Source: Antedon mediterranea (lineage: Eukaryota > Animalia > Echinodermata). From it: a stretch of DNA of 64,000 bases. How positions within the stretch are numbered: the stretch's first letter is position 1; each line of letters starts with the position of its first letter. Shown here in pieces: positions 25,301-47,968 of the stretch. Made by a program: the position numbers and the translations under genes. A model generated the notes under the pieces. It was not told the DNA's origin. It worked only from the letters and a program-made list of their open reading frames with translations, and searched no databases. The stretch lies in the NCBI RefSeq assembly GCF_964355755.1, contig NC_092676.1:1307788-1371787 (forward strand), read 5' to 3'.

Positions 25301-26922
25301 TAAACATTTCAGCATATTAATTGAAATGTCAACACCAGGTTACAAAAAAGAGCAGCTTACCTCTTGATGAATATCCAGCCCCACGTACAGCTGTCATGGG
25401 TCGTGCTGTTGCTGTGTTGTCCTATAACAACATAAACAAATGCTTAAATATTTCATTAATTACTAGAAGGGCACTCAGTGAGTGCAAACCTTCGTCTAGG
25501 CATATGAAAATTGAATGACGTGTTCTCATATTGCCATGAAACCATACTTTAAAATCTTATGAAAATTGGGCAATACATTTTTGAGTAATCCTACTAACTA
25601 ACAAACATAGAAAGAACACACACACATCCGGTTGACCTCATAATCTCTCGTCATTCTGACGGAGGAAAATATACAGTCAACTCTCCCAATACAAGACACC
25701 CTTGGACTGGCCAAAAAGTTTGGTACTGTATACTGAATGTGTTTTTAATGTTAACAAAGAAATTTGGACCTCAAGAAAAATCTGGTTTGGGGAAAGTCTT
25801 TCAGACAGAGAGTGGCATTTAATTATTACTATAATTTTTAATTAACTACAAGCATCATTTTTTGAAAAATTCTTTAAAATCATAAAATGTTTACTCACAG
25901 CAGCCATTCCTGTCACTGGGCGTCCCATTGATGATGTCATCATTCCAGTTTTTAATCGATTCTTTAAAAATAGCAAAACAACTGAGTTACATCAACAAAA
26001 GTCTTAAAACGAATTTAAAATACATACAATAGATAATTTAATAAATCTTAAAGTATTACCAGAGGAGAAAATCCAACAACCTTTAATAGGAATAGAAAAT
26101 AAAAAGAAAAACAAATTAAAGAGGAATGAGTTAGAATAGAAAGACACGTTAAAAAATACAAGGAATTCAAATAAAAATAAAAATTTTGTTCAAACTTTAC
26201 ATTTCTAGATATTCAGTGAAAATTAGAAATAAATATTACAACTAAAGAAAAAAAACATTTGACCAAAAAAGAACATAATAAAACATGTACCTGATTCCTG
26301 GCACCAGTCATCTGAAATTATAAAAAAGTTCATGTTTAGAGGCCTATATATAAATTATATTTAAAACTAATTGGTATAAAAAAACTGATTGAAGCAAAAC
26401 ATATTTTCTTTGATCTTTCATTAAACTCTGTAATATAATAGGCTATGAAAAATGTGGTGTCCCATATATGACTTTATTTTAGTTGATAACTCACTGGGGG
26501 TCTTCTTCCATGGCTTGTCTTGACAGCTTGCTGAAAACCTTCATCTGTCTGCAGCTCCTACAAATTAAGTTATGAATGTTTTCATATTTCATCTTTGATA
26601 AATTTACAGAGTAACTTAACAAAAATTATAAAATTCTTCAAAACTTTTATGCTACCCTTTCATACCACTCTGCACAATGAATGTCTCTCTCTGAACACCC
26701 TCTATAGGAGAGTAACTTATACTATATATACAGTTACAATTATGTAATCTGAATTAATACTAAACATACATTTTTAAATGTAACAAGAATTAATCACACT
26801 ATTTATTGAGTATAGACAATAAACAAGAGATAGCTTACATTAGTATCGTACATCGGATCATAATCATTAAATCCTCCGTACAAATCATCTTCATCCTCAT
26901 TAGCTAGGAACATGTTATCCAT
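16335..26922 (-). CDS. IFT88: Intraflagellar transport protein 88 (TPR protein), multi-exon
   Basis: Starts MDNMFLANEDEDDLYGGFNDY (ATG 26922). Exons include 26495-26557 (FQQAVKTSHGRRP), 25361-25421 (ARPMTAVRGAGY), 24892-25058 (FDPLNQ..TPEEKIKQLE), 24565-24669 (ALEKAKEAGRKER..INLDLTYS), then IMQNIG..FNLILCYF, NDLEINKAIMYL, ALVNKGN, DPAILAKLGELYD. Ends YVDPLGP..RPKTAA..ELGDDLLPE, stop 16335-16337. Confidence 0.96.
17165..17460. repeat. ~22-bp degenerate minisatellite in IFT88 intron
   Basis: Repeated (C/T)ATCACATGATAA cores, about 13 copies; it produces the spurious ORF 17164-17355. Confidence 0.8.
19748..19932. mobile_element. Tc1/mariner-pogo type MITE
   Basis: TA-CAGTCAACTCTCCCAATACCGGAC ... 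GTCCGGTATTGGGAGAGTTGACTG-TA; degraded relatives at about 25674-25810 and 21200-21290. Confidence 0.85.
20013..20166. mobile_element. MITE family A copy
   Basis: Both TIRs intact, TSD TAA on each side. Confidence 0.85.
20445..20668 (+). mobile_element. tRNA-derived SINE (family B)
   Basis: B-box GGTTCAAGTCC, body shared with the reverse copy at about 35021-35186, A-rich tail. Confidence 0.65.
20983..21328 (-). other. U12-type (minor spliceosome) GT-AG intron of IFT88
   Basis: Minus-strand donor GTATCCTTC and branch-like CCTTTGAC about 13 nt before the AG, with no polypyrimidine tract. Splicing joins IYQIATL to YDLLDD in frame. Confidence 0.85.
23395..23706 (+). mobile_element. tRNA-derived SINE (family C) with (AAAT)n tail
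   Basis: A-box-like TAGCCAAGCGG head; central GCACTTTAAAGAACC..GAGTAGAGGTTACTCTGGTGT core also seen at about 20714 and 55097; AATAAATAAATAAATA tail. Confidence 0.65.
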
Positions 26923-27349
26923 TGTGCCACTTTTTTGGGGGTTTTTTTCTCTATAAAAAAAAATTATATTAAAATAAAAAAACAATCAATTCAAATTTAT
27001 TATTATATATATAGGCCTAGGCCTAATATAGGCTAGGCTTTAAAAATGTGGAAATTATCTTTTAATGGATTGCGAATGTAGAGGGGGTATGCCCCGTACC
27101 AATACAACCCTAGGCATAGTATAGGTAGCTCAGTTAGGCCTCAAGTCTATGCACTGGTATGCAAGGCCGGCTACGAGCAAGGAATCGGTGAGCAGCAGGT
27201 ACCGAGAGGACCGCCTTCCTCCTTCAAATCCTAGCCTAGCTATGCCGGTCTATTAACTAGGCTAGACCTAGTTCATTAATAATAATTTTGAATTTATTTA
27301 ATTCCAAGCTATTTCTACTTCGTTCTTTAATAAAGGGATGTTCCTTACC

Positions 27350-27641
27350 TAAAAAGATTTTATAGAAAACAGTAATTAAAGACTGGTTGCTAATGTACAC
27401 AACAACAAAATTCACGACTGTGGAATTCCAGAATAGACTTTCTACCCCAGACGTTGTAGTGACAACTGGGACAAAAGAGGGCGCTACGGAATTTTTTTAT
27501 TCTAAAGAAAGGTTGTTGGAAAAAACAAGGATATAGAGAGCTAGCACATGACCGATCGATGGATTGTTGCGATTTTGGAGCTGGAAAACCTACAAAAGTC
27601 AGAAATGTGAACCGTATCAGAGCTGTCAAGGTATTATAAAT
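27350..27641. promoter_or_regulatory. Probable bidirectional promoter IFT88 / MAP3K7 with degenerate X-box
   Basis: Divergent ATGs 720 bp apart. IFT88 seems to have a non-coding first exon (minus-strand donor AG|GTAAG near 27348). X-box-like GTTGTAGTGACAAC at 27453-27466. Confidence 0.55.
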
Positions 27642-37294
<9,653 letters not shown>

Positions 37295-38539
37295 TGCAAA
37301 GGAGGGGTTGAGTACTAGACGCCAGTAATAAGTGAAACTTAAGTGAATGAAGACCAACGTCTAAGAGATATACCAGTGAGATAAAGGGAGATGAATGGCG
37401 TATTTGACTGGTCACTCACAAACACCTTGCAGTAATATACTGCTTGCATATACACAGTGAGGTGTTTCAATTGCTGTATCTGCTCAAAACTGCCCTGTCG
37501 AATATACATAAATTGTTGTTGCCAAGCTGAACCATGTAACAAGGCCAGTGAGAGACCATTGCTGGGCAAGCAACTGTGGTCTTCTGTTTACTATGTTCGG
37601 ACCAGTAAATGTCAACAGGCAATATGAACAATGCATTTCATTTCTGTATAATGTTACTCTATTTTATTATGCCTATTGAGTAACTCATTTTTAATATATT
37701 TTTTTTAGGCATTATGCTCTTTATATCGGTAACTCAAAAGTATCTAATCATGGTGGTTACGATTCGTATCTATGGAGTGCCATTTATGCCAAATTGTAGA
37801 TTGGCAACTATGGAACAGACATTTTACAGTACAATTGTCATTGGAATTTTAGTAATCTGAGCTTTATTATGTCTGTGTATGTACTGTAGTCTAGAAATGA
37901 GTTTTAATTGGCCAGTTTATATCAGTTTGCTCCAACAACCTCTTTAAATGCTGCCCAAGTCTATTTTAATTTAGTGTTATATTTTCTTCATTTTTACCTA
38001 ACCTATTTTTGTTTTGTGATTCATATTTACTTTTCACTTTTATGTTCAACAATAGGTTTAAACTAAACTACAAACTGCCACTAACAACCAATTCACACGT
38101 ACAACACAGATGTAGCAAATCGGTTATCTACTGGAATAATCTTACTGCGTTATAATGCATTCATACGATAGTTTGTCACAGTGTAATCTAATATAATCTC
38201 ATTATAATATATATATAATAAAACTCATTAGATATATCATTTTGATTACCATCTAGTTTTGGAGTCTTGCAAACGTTTGTTAGGATCAAGGTAACTATTT
38301 GTTAATTTTTGTACTTGTGAGTTGGGTATAATTTAGTTATGGTAAATAAATTGTTAATTATATCTAGATTTAGGGATTTTTTAAGTCTTATGCAAGTTGA
38401 ATTGAAAAGACTACCTATAGTCTCAATCGGACAACTCTTCTTGTGTCCAAGTACAGTAGAACTGTAGTTAAACATGCTGCCAATGGCATGTTAACAAAGT
38501 ATATGCTATGCATGCAAAATGAATGGGTTAGTATTAAAG

Positions 38540-39389
38540 GGTGCAGGTCAAGTCGGCCCTAAACCGTCTTGGCAGGCAAAAGTCAAGTCGGCCCCACGTC
38601 AAGTCGGCCCCAAGTCAACTCGGCCCCAAGTCAACTCGGCCTCAAGTCAACTCGGCCTCACGTCAACTCGGCCTCACGTCAACTCGGCCAAAAACTAATC
38701 GGTCAACTCGGCCACAATAAAGTATGGAATGCAAAAAGTGCTTAATATTATTATGATTCTTACTATCCACGCTTTAAAAAAAATGAAGAAAAAAAAAAAA
38801 TATATATAATTAAATAATATATAAAAAAATGAACTCATTGCCGATATGAATATAAGTACCCGCGTGTTACAAAAACACGTGCAGGTACCGCATTTTAGTA
38901 AATCGAAGACGGAGGCCTACGTTCCACCATTTGGCCATAGAAAAAATGATCGTACATCGTTTTTGTCCATGATTTGCATTTAAAAAAAGGGGAATCCCCC
39001 GGTCAGTGAAAACACGTAGCAGTTGTAGATATCGAAAAAGCTGCCAAAGGCGCAGGGAGGCGCAGCTACGAATTGTTTTCAATTGTGCAATTTGAAATTT
39101 TATTAAACGTATTAATAAAGGAAAGTTGGTGAAATCATTCCTATTTTTTTTTGCTAAATATATTATTGTCTAAATATTAATATTCATTAAAAGTCAGAAT
39201 TATTTATAGTTAAAAAATTGTGAAGAAATATTATTTTATCAATCCCCTTCATTTGCACTTTTTGCGTTCCATACTTTAACGGGGCCGAGTTGACCGATTA
39301 TTTTTTGGCCGAGTTGACTTGAGGCCGACTTGACTTGAGGCCGACTTGACTTTGGCCGAGACGGTTTAGGGCCGACTTGGATCGAAACC
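38540..39389. mobile_element. Non-autonomous Mutator-like foldback element
   Basis: Inverted ends CAAGTCGGCCCTAAACCGTCT / AGACGGTTTAGGGCCGACTTG with subterminal AAGTCAACTCGGCC repeats; flanking direct repeat GTATTAAA(G/C), 8 of 9 bp matching. Confidence 0.8.
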
Positions 39390-40199
39390 GTATTAAACTA
39401 GCAACATTAGTAATGAAATCATTAATAAGTTTCATTTGTGAAATTAAACCACAATGGTATTTCACTGAAGTCTAAAACCATATGAAAATACATTACATCA
39501 CACAGTAGGGCTCTCGTGAAGTGGTTTAAAAGTATTTGTGAGATTTTTTTTTTAAACATGGAAAATGTTAAAATGTTATTAAAACCAGTTTACTCTTTTT
39601 AGTTTGTGTAAATACATTATTTATCTTAGTAACTTTTCACCTATAGGTGTAATAAATATTTTCAATAATTAACAAATAATCTTAAATAAATTAAGCAATA
39701 GTTTGATTCAGTGTTTCAGTGATTTAAAAAATAATTTATCTTATAATGTTTATCTTATAATGTATTGTTTATAGATAATAACATTATGTTGCTCTATAAA
39801 AACATATTTAGCAGTGTGTAGGTAATAATTACTATTTTCTTATTTCAACATGTAAATAACATTAATGTAAATTGTAAATATTATTGTAATAAAACAACTC
39901 GCATGGCCTGTTCAATTCAGTCTTTTGTGGAATATTTTTTTGTAATACAGTATATAAAATTATTAGGTCAGTCGCTGCATGCTCTGGCTGCATCATGAAC
40001 AACAATTACAATCTGTAGAGGTCGCTGTTTGTTTTGGGCAGACTATCTTCTTGATGTGTTTCACACATGTTTATTCGAGGTACACAATATTATTTATTTT
40101 GTTTACTTAGGTTACTACTACTAGTCTAACCTAGTAGGGCTATTCAGATTAAATCATTTTAATAAGGTGCTACATTTGCACTATTGCATTTGTTATTAT

Positions 40200-43046
40200 G
40201 ATATTGTGGTTGTGAAAGAAAACCCCCATCTTATTTTTGTTACTGAGACAAAGTTGGAAGAGAGTCACGATACAATTACTTATTTTGATACTAATATTTA
40301 TTTAGTTTATAGAAGAGATAGAATTCCAAGTGATGGAGGTGGTGGCGTCCTAATCCTGGTGCGCAAGGATATTGTTTCTGAAATTGTAATTGACGAAGTC
40401 TGGATTGATATAGAAGTGATAACTTGTCTATTGAAATATGGAGAGAAATCTGCTCTTATCGCTTGTGTCTACCGTAGCCCTAGCTCTCGAGGTGAATACA
40501 ACCAGAGGATCAGGGATACGCTGTTGAAATTTAATTCATACAAAACTGACCAGATTTTAATTTGCGGAGATTTCAATATTAAAGATATAGACTGGGATAC
40601 TCTTTCTACTAGACGCGGCGAATTGAGTGAACAGCAGAAACTTTTAGATGTAGTAAATGACTCGTTCTTGACGCAACATGTGACACAATTTACACGTGTA
40701 AGAGGAGACGACGAGCCTTCATTACTTGATTTAATTTTTAGTAAACATGAACTTGATGTTGATATTTTACGTTATGATGCTCCAGTCGGGAAAAGCGACC
40801 ATGCCGTTATAATTTTTCGTTTTGTATTAGATTGTTTTGTTGATCAAAGCGCAGAAGAATATACTAAATTTAATTTTTTTAAAGGTGATTTCACTACAAT
40901 GAATGCCCAACTCGCTGATGTTGTTGGGAAAGCTTGTTTGAAACCAAATCTGTCCAAGAAATGTGGGACATTTTTCACAATAAGATTAACTTTTTGATTT
41001 CTGATTGTGTTCCGAAAAACATTGTAAACACAAATCTCCGCCCAAGTAAACAGAAATGGATGACAAAATTCGCACTAAATAAAGTTCAAATGAAGGAGGA
41101 TGCATGGCAACGTTACAGACGTCATAGGTCTAACAAAAGACATAAATATTACTGTAAGGCCAGAAATGATGCTACTTCGGCAGTAAGAATGGCTAAAGCT
41201 AATTTCGAGAAGGATGTCGCACTAAATGCTAAGAGAAATCCGAGGGCATTTTATAGCTATGTTCGTAGTCAAACTTCAATTAAGGAAGGGGTATCCAAAC
41301 TAAAAAAACAGGATGGATCTTTTTCTTCCACCAATCAGGAAGCAAGTGAATTAATGAACGAGGCCTTCCAAAAAGTATTTACAGTAGAAGATAATCGTAA
41401 TATTCCAAACATGGCTTCTGTTTTTCATGGACATCCTTTGACCAATGTGGACTTTACACTTGATGACGTTAAAATGCATATTAAAAATCTTCGTGATTCA
41501 TCATCCCCTGGACCTGATGGCATCCACCCTAAAGTGTTGATTGAATGTTGTGACCATATATCCCCTCCGCTGTTATTACTGTTCAGAAAGTCGTTAGCAA
41601 CAGGTGAAATACCAGCTGCCTGGAAAGACGCAACCATTACACCAATTTTCAAAAATGGCAACAAGTCTGATCCTCTAAATTACCGCCCTGTTAGTTTAAC
41701 TTCAGTTATCTGCAAGATTTTAGAAAAAATCATAACTAACACAATTATGATCCATCTCGAAACTAAAAATACACTCACCAAACATCAACATGGTTTTCGT
41801 ACTAATCGTTCTTGTTTAACACAATTGCTTGAATTTTTCCGCGATGTAGAAAATGCTCTCGCCGACAGACATCCCGTTGATGTTATATACTTGGACTGCC
41901 GTAAGGCCTTCGACACAGTTCCGCACATTAGGCTGAAAATTAAATTGCGAGCTTATGGCATTCAAGGTAATATTCTAAGTTGGATAAGTGGATTTTTAGA
42001 AAATAGACGTCAATGTGTTTCAATCAAAGGTTCGGTTTCAAGTTGGTTACCTGTGTTCAGTGGCGTGCCTCAAGGCACAGTTATTGGTCCGGCTTTATTT
42101 TTAGTCTACATCAACGATCTACTTGATAATATTGAATCAGATGGTAAACTATTTGCAGACGATGCTAAGATTTATCGTAAGATTGATTCAGTTAACGACC
42201 GAGATGCCCTGCAGAATGATTTGAGTAAACTTGAGCAGTGGAGTAAGAAGTGGCTACTGGAGTTTAGTAAATCTAAATGTAAAGTAATGCACATTGGAAA
42301 TCGAAATCCAAAACACACTTATTCAATTGATGGTACAGTTCTTGATACAACCTCTGCTGAGAAAGACCTCGGAGTCTATGTAACGTCTGACTTTAAAGTG
42401 TCGACACAAGTTTCCAAAGTTGCAGCCAAAGCCAATTCAATTGTAGGCCGAATACGGAAATCCTTTACATATATGGATAAACAGATGTTCATGTCGCTTT
42501 ATACTTCTCTTGTGCGTCCGGTTATGGAGTATGCAGTTCAAGCCTGGTCACCATATCTACAACAAGACATCAATAAACTTGAGAAAATCCAACAACGAGC
42601 TACAAAACTTGTACCAGAACTCAGAAACTTGCCCTATGAAGAGCGCAGGATACAGCTAGGTTTACCAACTTTACTGGAAAGAAGGGAACGCGGAGACCTC
42701 ATCGAAGTTTTTAAATTTTTGAATGGTTACGAAAATATAGATCGCCACTCCTTTTTTAAATTAGCATCTGAAGTTGGTCCAAATATCACTCGAGGCTCAA
42801 CTTTTAAATTAAAGAAACCTAGATGGAACTCAACTAAACGGAATAATTTTTTTGACACTAGAGTAATTAACAAGTGGAACTCGCTGCCCGAATCTGTTGT
42901 CAATAGCAAGAGTGTAAATTCATTCAAAAACAAGCTTGACAAATACACACACATACACACATATGAGAGAAGAGGCTCCCTACGAGTTTAAAAACTCATT
43001 GCCTCTTAACTTTACTAAAGGTAAGAATTACTAAAGGTAAGAATTA
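40200..43046 (+). mobile_element. 5'-truncated CR1-group LINE (APE endonuclease + reverse transcriptase ORF2, one frameshift near 40925)
   Basis: APE motifs VTETK, GGGV, YRSP, GDFN, LDLIF, SDH. RT motifs PGPDG, NYRPVSLTS, QHGF, KAFDTV, GVPQG, LFADDAK and C-terminal RRERGDLIEVFK. Short 3' UTR ending in duplicated TTACTAAAGGTAAGAA. Confidence 0.93.
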
Positions 43047-43822
43047 AGATATAAAAATCGGTGTCTAGGGCCTAGGCTAGCTAGGCCTATAGAAATCTAG
43101 GCCTCACTAGTGAGTGAGCCCTCCCCGGGCCCTGTCTGTGCTGCTGTCTGTGTGTGTGTGTCTGCCCTCCTCCTTTTTTCCCAGCAAGGGGGCCTAGGCT
43201 ACACTTTTACACTTTTTAATTAATATAAAGTCTTGATGACAAATTGCGTAGTATAGTTGTATAGATTTCAATGTTTATGCTGCAATTTTAATTCAACAGT
43301 CATTGAAATGTCTTTACGACTTGACAGCTAACTTTTTTTGTTAGTTATGACAATATGAATGATGTGGTCGCTTAACTTAATTAACGCATATCATGAAACT
43401 AAACTTGTGCGGTCGCGGAAAACCATGATGCAAGGCTTTTTGTGGTGTGGGTTTTTTCCCATATAATTATTGTGTTTTACCTGGAGTTCCAATCATTTTA
43501 GGAAAAATCATATAGGCCTAGTATGTTCCCGTAGTTTGTATTCCATTTCCGTATGTGCATAATTGACTCAAAATGTCTGTAAAATGACACATACATTTCA
43601 TGGCTTGACGACCCTGTAGTATGCTAGGTAGTGTGATACATGATGCACATGACATACCAAAAACTGCTTAGTCATGATGACCAAACAAATTTTCAACTAT
43701 AAATTCCGCTGAATCCATCGATTTAAAAATTAAGGTCTTTTATTAATGCAAACCTTGAAGTTGAAATAATTTGTAAGCCACAATATTACAACCAAGTGAG
43801 TACGTAAGTATTGTTGAAGTAA

Positions 43823-43962
43823 AGCTCTGTCTACACTATAATTTATAAAACTTTATTTGACAAAAAATGAGATGTGCCCATATAATGGACATGATGATAT
43901 CATATCACTACCATATTTGGGCACACTTTTTTTCAAACTAGTTTGATAGTGTAGATAGAGCT
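43823..43962. mobile_element. MITE family A copy (opposite orientation)
   Basis: TAA-AGCTCTGTCTACACTAT ... AGTTTGATAGTGTAGATAGAGCT-TTA. Confidence 0.82.
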
Positions 43963-44880
43963 TTATGTTGTTAATGCATAATTTGTAGCATTTGAACAAA
44001 CTGGTGGAATAATCATTTTAAATTGCATAGTGCGGATGTGTAGTTTTCAATGTGTTCGATTTTGACAAGGTTATATATTGCACAATTTACGGCTTAGCCA
44101 ACAGTTAAATTTCATTGTTTTAATCATTGTTTTTTAAACGTTTGAATAATTTCCTTTAAAATTCTGAACTCAATACGTCTAAAGGTGCGGTATTTTAGGT
44201 TTTAACATGATTTTTATTAGTTCAGTTCAATTTTACTTTTAAAAGCCTATTTTATTGTTGTTGCAGTATACTGGATTTAAAACCTTTCATTTTTATATTA
44301 AAATTAAATTGTTTTAAGTTTTTCATAAATTTTACGGTATTTTTAACCTTTGCCAGATTTTTCCTAATTGAAATAATATCCAAAGAAATACACTATTTTA
44401 TGAAACTTATATTCCGTAGATATTTATTACATTTTCAATAGATATTGAAATATAGATCCATGAGATTGAGTTTATGGGTTTCAAATATCCTTGCGATTTT
44501 GGTTATATTTACCCATGTCAAAAGCCTAACGCAACCTGGTCTCTGCTCCTAATAATAGAGGCTGCATACATCATTGGCATGTGGTGTGTTATCACTGCTG
44601 TGCTGACTCAATGAGTTAAATATACAACAAATAAAATAATTAAAATTCTTGTGAAGAATTGAATACATCAAATGATTAAAAAAACAAAATTTTATACTAT
44701 TGTTTTCACATTTTTTTTAAATAGGCAAACAGCTTTTCAATTATTTTCCAAAGATCTACATCACTAACATTTTAAAGATGAGTACTGCAAAATCTGGAGA
44801 GTTTGTGCGGAGGGCATCTGGCTTCAGGAATCACATTACAGGTATTGTCTCCTTGTGTACTATATGCAAATATACTATTA

Positions 44881-45006
44881 GTTACACCCTGCTTGTTCAC
44901 GGAATACGGGAAATATCTACGTTCTGGTTCCATGGAACCAGAACGTAGATATTTGAACCAGAACGTAGATATTTCCCGTATTCCGTAAGAACAAGCAGGG
45001 TGCAAC
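44881..45006. mobile_element. Near-perfect hairpin element (MITE-like)
   Basis: GTTACACCCTGCTTGTTCACGGAATACGGGAAATATCTACGTTCTGGTTC followed by its reverse complement with a 20-bp internal duplication. Confidence 0.72.
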
Positions 45007-45845
45007 GATTTTATCTCTTAGTGTACACATATAAGCAATTGGACATTCTCTAATGAGGAGGCTTTATACAGTGATTGCTCACCGCCGTAACCGTCGCTGC
45101 TCCCTGAAGTTTCACAGTCACGGTTTTGCTTCCGCGCGCCTAGCCAGAACCCTTCAAGGGTTTCATTCAGTTTTTCATACATCATCTCCCATTTCCTCCA
45201 AATAATAATAATAATAATCCAAACTGTTGAACATAATAAGTATTTTGCAAAACTATTTTTATTTTTAAAAAGAAATTCTGTATTGAATAGTTATAGCACT
45301 CCTACAGACAACACACGACGTCAATAGTTTATATTTGTAAGATTTATAAATAATCTGTTTGATCTTTTATTTGTACACATGCATTGAATGTATACAATTG
45401 ACATCTTGGTTCCACCCATTGTTGAACATAATAGATTTTTTTTGTTTAAAGTTGCAAAGATGCTGTTGTTAGGCATTTACATTTGACAGCAATTTTAAAT
45501 ATATAATATTAATAAATTTGGTGGAATTGTAAAAAAAGCATCTCGGTTAAAGTGATTAATTTGATAAATTCTACAAAAAAATGATGCATTTTGTTATCAT
45601 ATTACAATATTATAATTTCTAAATTATATGAATTCATTTATATCAAGAGAATTAATTTCTAGATGGCTGTCATTCCTTACAGAAGTCTACCAAACACGCA
45701 GATACAAATTTTGAAACATAAACAAATAAGAAGTTACCCCAAAATGAATGAATTCTGATGAAATAATAAGCTTTGCATTGATATTAAAAATTATAGAATA
45801 GAATCTTAAAGATTCAATTGAGTCAGGTGATCCATGTTGATCACT

Positions 45846-47122
45846 TTTTAATGAGTTCAACATCATCTTTAACAAACTCGCCTTCTTTGATAGCGTAAGC
45901 TCCGTCAGGTTCTGTGGGAAGCCTTCCTAATCCACAATAGCATACAGGTACGCGTTTTCCTCCACTATGGAAACATTTGATCTTTCTGGATTGTGCAGTT
46001 CAACGATGGTGTTTGCGTACGTTTCTTGCTCACAATTTCCACTTGTACGTTTCGATGAAAGATAACAGATAATGAAGATGATAAGGAAGATAAAACACAC
46101 TGTAGTAACAGCAATGATGACCAGAAAGATAACTAAAGTAGACGAAAAGGTGATGGAATCTGACGATTTTGTTTCTTTTATATGTAGACTTGCTTCAGAT
46201 ATTCCGATTCCAACACTGTTGCTTGCCTCGCATGTGACTTTGAATTCCTTACCAGAAAGCGTTGATGATATGTCTGTTAGACTCAGCATTTGTCCATTGT
46301 TTAACAAACGTGTTGTTATGTCTTGAGTTTTGGGACTAAGATACCAAGAGTATGTGATGTTAACTGGTTGAGCTCTTCCACTGCAATTAAAACCTACTTC
46401 TTCACCAGGTTTAACAGTAATTTCGTTGGGATAAACTTCGACCTTCGGCTCAAAATGAACACCTATAGGGCCTATATGACAAACACTAGCTTCTTGTCGT
46501 CGCGATTCGTTGTGATATATGCATGTGAACACGGTATCGTGAAGATCTTCATGTGCCGTAAAGTTTAAATACGAGTAAACCATTTTGTCCGCTTCGTTAA
46601 AATCCTGCCATTGTCTGCATGCACCTTTTCTTGATCACCTTTTTCCCAAACAAGAGAAGTGCCGTTTTTTTGATCGCGTACTGGATATTGACAACGTAAC
46701 AGAACTGGCGTACCAATCGTAAGCTCATTAAGATATTGGGAAAACGCACAGAGAGGGTAAAGTTCAAGAGTGTGAAATAAAACAGTAACCTTAGATGAGA
46801 GCGAAACCGCCAACGTCTTTTGTTCCTTATCGAATACGCTACAAAAATACATACCCGCATCTTGAATCTGAACGGAGGTTATATCAAGGTTTATCTGTCC
46901 ATTTCCCTCAAACAACGTTACAGTTGTTCGTTCTTGCTCCGACAATTGACCATCAATTCTATGCCACTGTAGAACATGTGAATCTTTGTAGTTTGTGACT
47001 ATACATACTAGATTGATTTTCCCACCTTCTAAAACCTCCAACTCTAATGGATCAATGTATATAGTTTGAGCTGCAGTGAGATGTAAACAGCAAATAAACA
47101 AAATTAAACTTATTGCGGCCAT
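45846..47122 (-). pseudogene. Disrupted duplicate (copy A) of the three-Ig-domain receptor
   Basis: Colinear with 49563-50852, but with a 1-bp deletion near 46618 (TGTCTGCAT vs TGTCTGCCAT) that splits it into ORFs 46565-47122 and 45927-46583, plus GAG>TAG at 45927-45929 and a downstream deletion. Confidence 0.7.
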
Positions 47123-47828
47123 GTTCTCTGCAGACTACATAGACTAGAAGACGATTAAAGACTGCGTTTTGAATTCACAGTCTAATTGTGCTGTTTATTC
47201 AACGATTATAAACTTCTATCGCAGTTGCTCTTACATATACAACATTGTTTTTATTATTCACGTCATGGTCTGATGCACAAAATCTACAATGAGCCCCCTA
47301 TAGAAAGTGTAGAACATTGAATATTCATAGGACTTTCTTTTCTACTCTAATTTTTTTCAAATCAGTAATTTACAGTCTGTAACAAAAACATGAAAAATGA
47401 AGATTAATTAAATCAGACTTTGAATAGGCTATTTTGTAGTTTTAGCAAAGTTGATCATTTCCATAGAAAAGAACCAGAAAAAAAAAATGTTTTCACTTAT
47501 AAAATGACAAAATAAACGGTTAAATTCAACCAAAAAGCAGCCAGCATCAGTTCCAATCATCTACAGTATTTATCAGGTAATCTGACGTCCACATAGAAGC
47601 GTTTACCTCCACTCTAGAAACATTTGAACTTTTTAGATTAATACTAGCAGACCCCATGACTAATTAATTATCCTTATTATAACACAAATATGAGTTACAT
47701 AATCAATTAATTAATATTAATATTTAAAGTATTTCACTAAACTGGATTTTATTATTAAAAAAAAGATGAATACTGTAGTTATATAGCACATGCTCATATC
47801 AACACATGTCAATAGTTTCTATTTGTAA

Positions 47829-47968
47829 AGCTCTGTCTACACTATGCTACCAAGTACCAAATATGGTAGTGATATACCCAAATATGGTAGTGATAAGACA
47901 TCACTATGTCCATATATGGACACATCACATTTTTTTGTCACATAAAGTTTGATAGTGTTGCCAGAGCT
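47829..47968. mobile_element. MITE family A copy with paralogous empty site
   Basis: Inserted in ATTTGTAA^TATTTATAAATAATC; the related sequence near 45333 reads ATTTGTAAGATTTATAAATAATC without it, consistent with a 3-bp TSD. Confidence 0.82.

Noticed and set aside
25461-25670. Possible Helentron-like or other interspersed repeat relic
   Set aside because: Looks repeat-derived, but there is no second copy or clear termini in the window, so it cannot be supported.
38867-39082. 71-aa ORF inside the Mutator-like element
   Set aside because: No recognisable transposase motif; short enough to be chance.
44772-45005. Two opposite-strand ORFs sharing KYLRSGSMEPERRY
   Set aside because: Artefact of a DNA palindrome.
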